From positions 173,374 to 237,373 of the forward strand of contig JAVBWO010000012.1 of the NCBI GenBank assembly GCA_036677375.1: a DNA stretch of 64,000 nt, written 5' to 3'. The notes beneath the pieces were generated by a model. That model made no database searches. It saw only the letters and a program-made list of their open reading frames with translations, and was not told where the DNA came from. This document shows, in pieces, positions 58,663 through 64,000 of this stretch. Each line of letters begins with the position of its first letter. The first letter of the stretch is position 1. A program made the position numbers and the translations under genes. The DNA comes from Bacillota bacterium. GTDB taxonomy: Bacteria > Bacillota > Dehalobacteriia > UBA4068 > UBA4997.

Positions 58663-59580
58663 TTACTCTGTTACCCTGTGGATCGCGGTCTTTTCAAAAA
58701 CGGCGTCAATGGCGCTGCGATAAACACGGTAATGCTCTACGGGCAGCAAATCCTCAATAAACGGCAGGGATGGCGCGTAGAGAAAACGGCCTCGGGGCTT
58801 CAAAGAGGCTAAAATCCGCATATAAGTCTTGGCATAGGCCGTGTGGTCGCCATCCTGGCGCAAATAATTATTGATAAAATGGCTGCTGAAAGAAAGATTG
58901 GCCAGGATAGTGCCCCATTTTTCTTTGCCGTAGTCCAATTCCAACCAATTTGCCCGGTACAAATAAGAAGAAGGCTGGCATAAACGGTCCACGCCATATG
59001 CTTCAAACCCGTTTTGCCGCAAATAAGACACCAGCCGCCCATGCCGGCCGCAGCCAATGTCTAAAATGGGTTCCGCCAGAGTTTCATCAAGAGATAACTG
59101 CAAAAGTTGCACCTGAAATTGGGGGGAATATTCGGCGCAAATCACCGGGGTGATTTGCTGTGCCTTATTGGAATTCAGTTCATAGATAAAATGGTTGGTA
59201 TCCTTGATCAAGCGTTTTATCCGGTTGTAATGGCGGGCTTCGATCTCATCGTTTGACAAAGAGGCATCCGCCATATCCCTCAAAAGCTTATCATAAAGGG
59301 CGGTAATAGACAAATAATCACGATTGGAGAAATCGATATACTGGTTTGTATCAAAAAAAGCCTCCATAAAACCCTCGGCCAAATATTGTACCAAATATTT
59401 TTTCTCCGCCGCTGTTAGGTCTTTTATCAGGTTTCGGTGTTCCGGCAGGAGGGCTTTGGTGGCGTTGGAAAAACAAAGGGTGTTGCCGCTTAAGCAAAAG
59501 ATATTTCTCGTCCGGTTACTGGCAATCTGGGCGTCGATATTTTTTAGCAGTTCTTCGATTTGGTAGTTTTGCAGATTCAT
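58663..59580 (-). CDS. Class I SAM-dependent methyltransferase
   Basis: Motif I ILDIGCGRHGRL. Terminator hairpin at ~59610-59640. Confidence 0.65.
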   Translation of the reverse strand: MNLQNYQIEELLKNIDAQIASNRTRNIFCLSGNTLCFSNATKALLPEHRNLIKDLTAAEKKYLVQYLAEGFMEAFFDTNQYIDFSNRDYLSITALYDKLLRDMADASLSNDEIEARHYNRIKRLIKDTNHFIYELNSNKAQQITPVICAEYSPQFQVQLLQLSLDETLAEPILDIGCGRHGRLVSYLRQNGFEAYGVDRLCQPSSYLYRANWLELDYGKEKWGTILANLSFSSHFINNYLRQDGDHTAYAKTYMRILASLKPRGRFLYAPSLPFIEDLLPVEHYRVYRSAIDAVFEKTAIHRVTE

Positions 59581-59809
59581 CAGTCAAACTCCTTTACGAT
59601 ACAGCCTTTTGGTTATTTTCCCTATTTTAATAGCGACAAGAAAGGTAAAAAAGAACAGGAGGGGTATCCGCTGTTCTTCTCTTACGCTCTTTTTTCCGTT
59701 CTTTCTTTCACACTTCGCTCTTAGTCTTATTACGCTTTTTTCACATACTACATTCATCATTCAACAATCATCATTTATAATAACCATTATAGTAACCATA
59801 AAAGCAATA

Positions 59810-60802
59810 TTACTTTAAACGACAGCCAAAGGCAGCCCAGCCGCCGGCCAGCTCCCGTTCCTGGACGGTAAAGCCGGCATCTTCCAAGACCTTGGAAACC
59901 TCCGCTCCTCTGGTATCAAGGATACCGGAAGCTAACAGGATCCCCCCCGGCTTTAGCTGTCCGGCAAAAAGACGCGCCATGTCGCAGATGATATCGGCCA
60001 CGATATTGGCGCAAATCATATCATACCCGCCGCCGATTTCCTCAAGACAAGCGGCATCCTCCAAAACATTGCCCTGTACGATACGGTAATCTTGCGGCAA
60101 AATGCCGTTTCGCTCCATATTATGTCGGGCGGTGGCAATGGCTTCCTTTTCGATATCCACCGCCGTCACCGAACTAGCGCCCAAAAGCGCCGCCGCTACC
60201 CCTAAAATACCGCTGCCGCATCCCATATCCAGCACCCTCATGCCCGGGCAAATCAGCTTTTCCAGAAGCTCCAGGCAAAGACGGGTGGTGCTGTGCTGTC
60301 CGGTGCCAAAACTAAGATTGGTATCCACCACCAAGGGGATGCGCCGTCCCGGTGTTTTCTCCTCATACCAGGCTGGAACCACCCAAAGCCGCTCTCCCAC
60401 CGCAAAGGGAGAAAAATAATCTTTCCAGCGGTGGAGCCACTGCTGGTCGTCTTTCTTTTGCACAGTCAAAGTCAGCTTTCCCCAGGCGTTTTCCGTGTCC
60501 GCCGTTTTTAAAGCTTGCAGGGCGTCTTCCAGTATCACAGAAGAAACCGGCGCTTCCGGCGTAGCGTTTGCCTGGCCTTCTTCCCTATATTCTATATAAA
60601 ATTTCAATACGGCGCCGGCACGATGCCGCGCCAGTACGTCTTCGTCCACATAGTCCCAGCCGGCTCTGGCTTCTTCCAAAATACGGCTGTCGGTAGCAAC
60701 GTCCTCTACAATAAGTCCGTCAATGCCCAGCTCCAACAGTTTCGCGGTTACCGGCTCAATGCCTGCGGTAGTGGTGTGTATGGCAATCTCCGTCCAGTTC
60801 AT
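59810..60802 (-). CDS. prmA: Ribosomal protein L11 methyltransferase
   Basis: PrmA N-terminal and MTase domains (LDMGCGSGIL). Start re-picked at MNWTEI with GGAGG RBS. Confidence 0.9.
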   Translation of the reverse strand: MNWTEIAIHTTTAGIEPVTAKLLELGIDGLIVEDVATDSRILEEARAGWDYVDEDVLARHRAGAVLKFYIEYREEGQANATPEAPVSSVILEDALQALKTADTENAWGKLTLTVQKKDDQQWLHRWKDYFSPFAVGERLWVVPAWYEEKTPGRRIPLVVDTNLSFGTGQHSTTRLCLELLEKLICPGMRVLDMGCGSGILGVAAALLGASSVTAVDIEKEAIATARHNMERNGILPQDYRIVQGNVLEDAACLEEIGGGYDMICANIVADIICDMARLFAGQLKPGGILLASGILDTRGAEVSKVLEDAGFTVQERELAGGWAAFGCRLK

Positions 60803-61049
60803 AAGGGCCTCCATGCATCATATTTTATTTATTAAATAAATGCAGATTTCATATTTTAATTTCAGATGCAGCTGTATTTCGGGTTAAATTCACATGATTC
60901 CAAGGTTTGTATATTGTATTAATGTTTATTTTTTATTATAATATGCATATCTATACTACTATAACCTATTCTTTTTGTCTATGTCGGATGTCAATAATAA
61001 CGTATCCCCAAAATAGAAATAAGAAAACGGAACAGAAAGGTTTGATATC

Positions 61050-61640
61050 ATGAAGGTCACCGGTATCATCCTGGCCGGCGGAAAAAGCACGCGGCTGGGC
61101 CGGGACAAGGCCATGCTCCCCATCAACGGCCATCCATTTATCTGGCATATCGCCGACCACCTGCGGCATTTTGCCGATGAGGTGATCGTCGTAACGAACC
61201 GGCCCGGGAAATATGCTTTGCCCCACACCAAAGAAGTGCAGGACATCTTCCCGGAGAAAGGCCCGCTGGCAGGGATTCATGCCGGACTGACTGCCGCGTC
61301 TTATGAATATTCTTTCGTTATGGCTTGCGATATGCCCAATTTTCATCCCAAGACAGCAGCCTTTCTTGTCAGTCAAAGCAGCGGTTATGATGTTACTGTC
61401 CCCCAAGTCGGTTCTTACCTGGAACCCCTTTTTGCGGTTTATCATAAGAACGCTTTGCCGCTGATCACGGAAGAACTCTTTCAAGGCTTATATAAAGTTA
61501 CGGGCTTCTATCAGAAAGCGAAGGTCAATTATATCAAGGAAGAGCGCTTCTTGCAGGAATGCGCTTTTCAGGAATGCTTCTTTAACGTCAACACTCCGGA
61601 AGATTATGTACGACTCTTACAAAAAGAAGAAGGAGCCTAG
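61050..61640 (+). CDS. mobA: Molybdenum cofactor guanylyltransferase
   Basis: GIILAGGKSTRLG motif, 196 aa. Confidence 0.85.
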   Translation: MKVTGIILAGGKSTRLGRDKAMLPINGHPFIWHIADHLRHFADEVIVVTNRPGKYALPHTKEVQDIFPEKGPLAGIHAGLTAASYEYSFVMACDMPNFHPKTAAFLVSQSSGYDVTVPQVGSYLEPLFAVYHKNALPLITEELFQGLYKVTGFYQKAKVNYIKEERFLQECAFQECFFNVNTPEDYVRLLQKEEGA

Positions 61641-61660
61641 GCTCCTTTTTTTGTGCCGGC

Positions 61661-62152
61661 TTAGTCCAATAAAACCAGACCAAAATAATTTTCTTCTTCG
61701 TCGCGCTCCCGCAAAGGCTGAATGAAATAACCGTTGGCTCGAACGGTGGCAAAAACATCGATACCACAAGCTTCCATGGCCGGCGCCGTCTCATTGGGGA
61801 AATTGCATTTCTCCAGATTACACTTCTTACAGCGTCCGCAAGGGCCGCAGCCAAAGCCGAAAGCCTTGTAATAGCCGGATAAAAAGGCTTCCCGTTCTAA
61901 TTTTTTAGCAATGTCTGTAGGCTGCTCCACCTGATGGCAGTGGAAAAGCAAAGCCCGGCTGTAACACTTCAATACCTCCCTGGTTTCCGTATATTTGGGG
62001 GTTCGGGGCGGGCAGTTGGGGCCGGTGCCGTATTTTTGGCAGCCGAACTGACACTTAAATGCCGGCCAAGGAGCGGTAACCACAGTGGCGGGATCAATGA
62101 TCTTGGCGCTTTCGGCGCCTAATTCTTTGGCGAAAGCAAGCAAATTTTCCAT
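61661..62152 (-). CDS. DUF2284-like Cys-rich metal-binding protein
   Basis: 163 aa with CQFGCQKYG...CPP...CGPCGRCKKCNLEKC cysteine pattern. Confidence 0.5.
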   Translation of the reverse strand: MENLLAFAKELGAESAKIIDPATVVTAPWPAFKCQFGCQKYGTGPNCPPRTPKYTETREVLKCYSRALLFHCHQVEQPTDIAKKLEREAFLSGYYKAFGFGCGPCGRCKKCNLEKCNFPNETAPAMEACGIDVFATVRANGYFIQPLRERDEEENYFGLVLLD

Positions 62153-62608
62153 AAGTACACCTGTGCTTTCTCAAGTCATATATTTCATAGATATCGTATA
62201 TCAGATATCGTATAAATTTTAACACAATCCCTACGGAATGCAAAGAAGAATGTTAAGATATCATCGTGCACTGTAACATTTAAAATTGCGATATAGCGGC
62301 GAGATGCTAAGGACAAGGCGACGGATTGAGGATTACTTTATGTATTCTAATTGACGACAATGCAGTATTACACAAAACAGCCGATATACACAAGGATTCG
62401 ACAGTGTACTAGTAAGATAAAAAGTGCAGAACGTGTGGGAACTATTATGATATGCTATAATAAATGGCAGAAAGCAGCTTTTACATAGCGGCTTTTGTTG
62501 CTGTTTCTTCTTTGGTTCATTTTTAATTATTTTTAAAATGGCTGTTTTTAAGATTTCTCTGCCATCTTCGGCATAACTTACACCATCTTTCCAACTTAGG
62601 AGGCTTTC

Positions 62609-63418
62609 ATGGACCGACAAGAAAATAAAGGTATCCCCTTTTTCACTGCTCCCAATTTAAAAGCGCTTGACTTTATCATCCATGGCTTTTCCACCAGGGA
62701 AGGCGGCGTCAGCAGCGGTCATTGCGCCACACTGAATTTTGGTTACCTTTGCGAGGAAAACCAGGAGAACGTCCGGCAAAATTACTTTTTATTTTGTGAG
62801 GCTCTGGGGGTGAATCCTCAGCATCTGGTTTTAACCTATCAGACCCACACCACTAATATCCGCCTGGTGACCCAAGAAGACCAAGGCAAAGGGCTGGTAC
62901 GGCCTCGGGACTATACCGATGTGGACGGTCTGATCACCAATGTACCGGATACCCCTTTGGCGGTGGTTTCGGCGGATTGCGTAGGCATCCTTTTGGCAGA
63001 CCCTGTGCAAAAGGTCATTGCCGTAGCCCATGCCGGCTGGCAGGGCACCGTCCATGAGATCGCGGGTAAGACCGTGGCCGCCATGTCGGAGCATTACGGC
63101 TGCCGTCCCCAAGACATCCAAGCTGCCCTGGGGCCTGCCATCGGGCCTTGCTGTTATGAAGTGGGACGGGATGTTTATCAGTCCTTTGCCGAAAAACCCG
63201 TTTTATCCAGGATGCCTTGCCTCACGCAAACCCCGGAAGGCCGTTATTTCATTGATCTTCCCCTGGCCAATACCCTGTTTTTGCAGGACGCAGGACTGCT
63301 CTCCCCCAATATTCACAATGCTGCGATATGCACCCGATGCCACAACGATCTTTTCTTTTCCCACCGGGCGCAGCAAGGCAAAAAAGGCTTAATGGCCGCT
63401 ATCATCAGTATTCACTAG
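62609..63418 (+). CDS. pgeF: YfiH/PgeF-family (laccase-domain, peptidoglycan editing factor) protein
   Basis: 269 aa, conserved HGFSTREGGVS and His/Cys metal site pattern. Confidence 0.85.
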   Translation: MDRQENKGIPFFTAPNLKALDFIIHGFSTREGGVSSGHCATLNFGYLCEENQENVRQNYFLFCEALGVNPQHLVLTYQTHTTNIRLVTQEDQGKGLVRPRDYTDVDGLITNVPDTPLAVVSADCVGILLADPVQKVIAVAHAGWQGTVHEIAGKTVAAMSEHYGCRPQDIQAALGPAIGPCCYEVGRDVYQSFAEKPVLSRMPCLTQTPEGRYFIDLPLANTLFLQDAGLLSPNIHNAAICTRCHNDLFFSHRAQQGKKGLMAAIISIH

Positions 63419-63560
63419 TTATTGTTCCTGATTTATCTGATTTATAACTTATCTGGAAAAATTTTCAGAAATTATAAAAAAAATACTTGCAATTTATAAA
63501 ACCATGTTGTATTATTGTATTAATCACTTAACACAATAATACAAGGGAGGCACTAACGTC

Positions 63561-63938
63561 ATGCAATGGGATTTTGACAACAAGCGTCCGATCTATTTGC
63601 AGCTGGTAGACTTAATCCAGCTCAAAGTGGTGGCCGGCGAATATCCGCCGGGATCACGGCTCCCTTCCGTCCGAGATATGGCAACGGAAGCAGGAGTCAA
63701 TCCCAACACCATGCAGCGGGCTTTGAGTCAACTGGAAGCGGACTGCCTACTGTACACAGAGCGGACCAACGGCCGCTTCGTGACGGAAGACAAAAATTTG
63801 ATCGGAGAATTGAGAAACAAGATCGCAACACAATGCATTGCGGCTCTGTGGGAAAAACTGCGGCAAATGGGCTTTAAAACCAGAGAAGCAATGGAATTGA
63901 TCGGAAACATTATCAAAGGAGCTGAAAGCAATGAGTGA
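63561..63938 (+). CDS. GntR-family (YtrA-like) transcriptional regulator
   Basis: 125 aa winged HTH ...SVRDMATEAGVNPNTMQRAL.... Stop overlaps the next start. Confidence 0.8.
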   Translation: MQWDFDNKRPIYLQLVDLIQLKVVAGEYPPGSRLPSVRDMATEAGVNPNTMQRALSQLEADCLLYTERTNGRFVTEDKNLIGELRNKIATQCIAALWEKLRQMGFKTREAMELIGNIIKGAESNE

Positions 63939-64000
63939 TATCCTGGAATGCACCAATCTGAATAAATCCTATGGCAGCGCCGTGGCCTTAAGGGATGTAA
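63929..64000 (+). CDS. ABC transporter ATP-binding protein, 3' end outside window
   Basis: MSDILECTNLNKSYGSAVALRDV... typical ABC ATPase N-terminus. Classic ytrA-ABC arrangement. Confidence 0.7.

Noticed and set aside
62333-62620. 95 aa minus-strand ORF upstream of pgeF
   Set aside because: Lies in the pgeF promoter region, no RBS, low-complexity sequence.

Overview
This is a 64 kb window from a low-GC Gram-positive anaerobe, probably Clostridia. About 50 genes are called from the ORF track, several with re-picked starts; no rRNA, tRNA or CRISPR was seen. Main points: (1) A dtxR-feoA-feoB locus in which feoB is split. Its N-terminal ~460 codons lie at 2555-4048 and its C-terminal ~255 codons at ~34528-35304. 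The ~30.4 kb between them looks like an integrated element, with a large serine recombinase gene (32743-34341) at its right edge, next to the feoB 3' segment. An intact second feo locus (dtxR2-feoA2-feoB2-feoC-like) sits at 37138-40164. (2) The element's cargo is a marR + membrane protein pair, blaI-blaR1, a polar amino-acid ABC importer, an AT-rich leader with duplicated terminator modules, and a 19 kb same-strand gene cluster. That cluster carries a CaiB-type CoA-transferase, PreT/PreA-like dihydropyrimidine dehydrogenase, a BMP-family nucleoside ABC importer, TudS-like DUF523 Fe-S proteins, two TenA_C proteins, a Zn-ADH, MoaD-like plus tungsten-type AOR plus ferredoxin, a B12-dependent acyl-CoA mutase and a dihydropyrimidinase/hydantoinase. 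I infer a previously undescribed anaerobic route for catabolism of a pyrimidine-ring compound ending at succinyl-CoA. (3) Downstream core genome: DUF134 + Mrp/NifX-domain ATPase, DUF4430, purL, the aromatic operon (aroF-aroB-aroA-aroC-pheA-aroK plus divergent aroQ/aroE) and leuA-leuC-leuD-leuB. The aroF leader carries a Phe-rich 26-aa leader peptide followed by an intrinsic terminator, i.e. apparent ribosome-mediated attenuation. Other observations include a 155 bp tandem duplication at the ferredoxin 3' end and an in-frame His/Cys-rich extension after the Mrp gene stop. Hand-counted coordinates of non-ORF features may be off by 1-2 bp.
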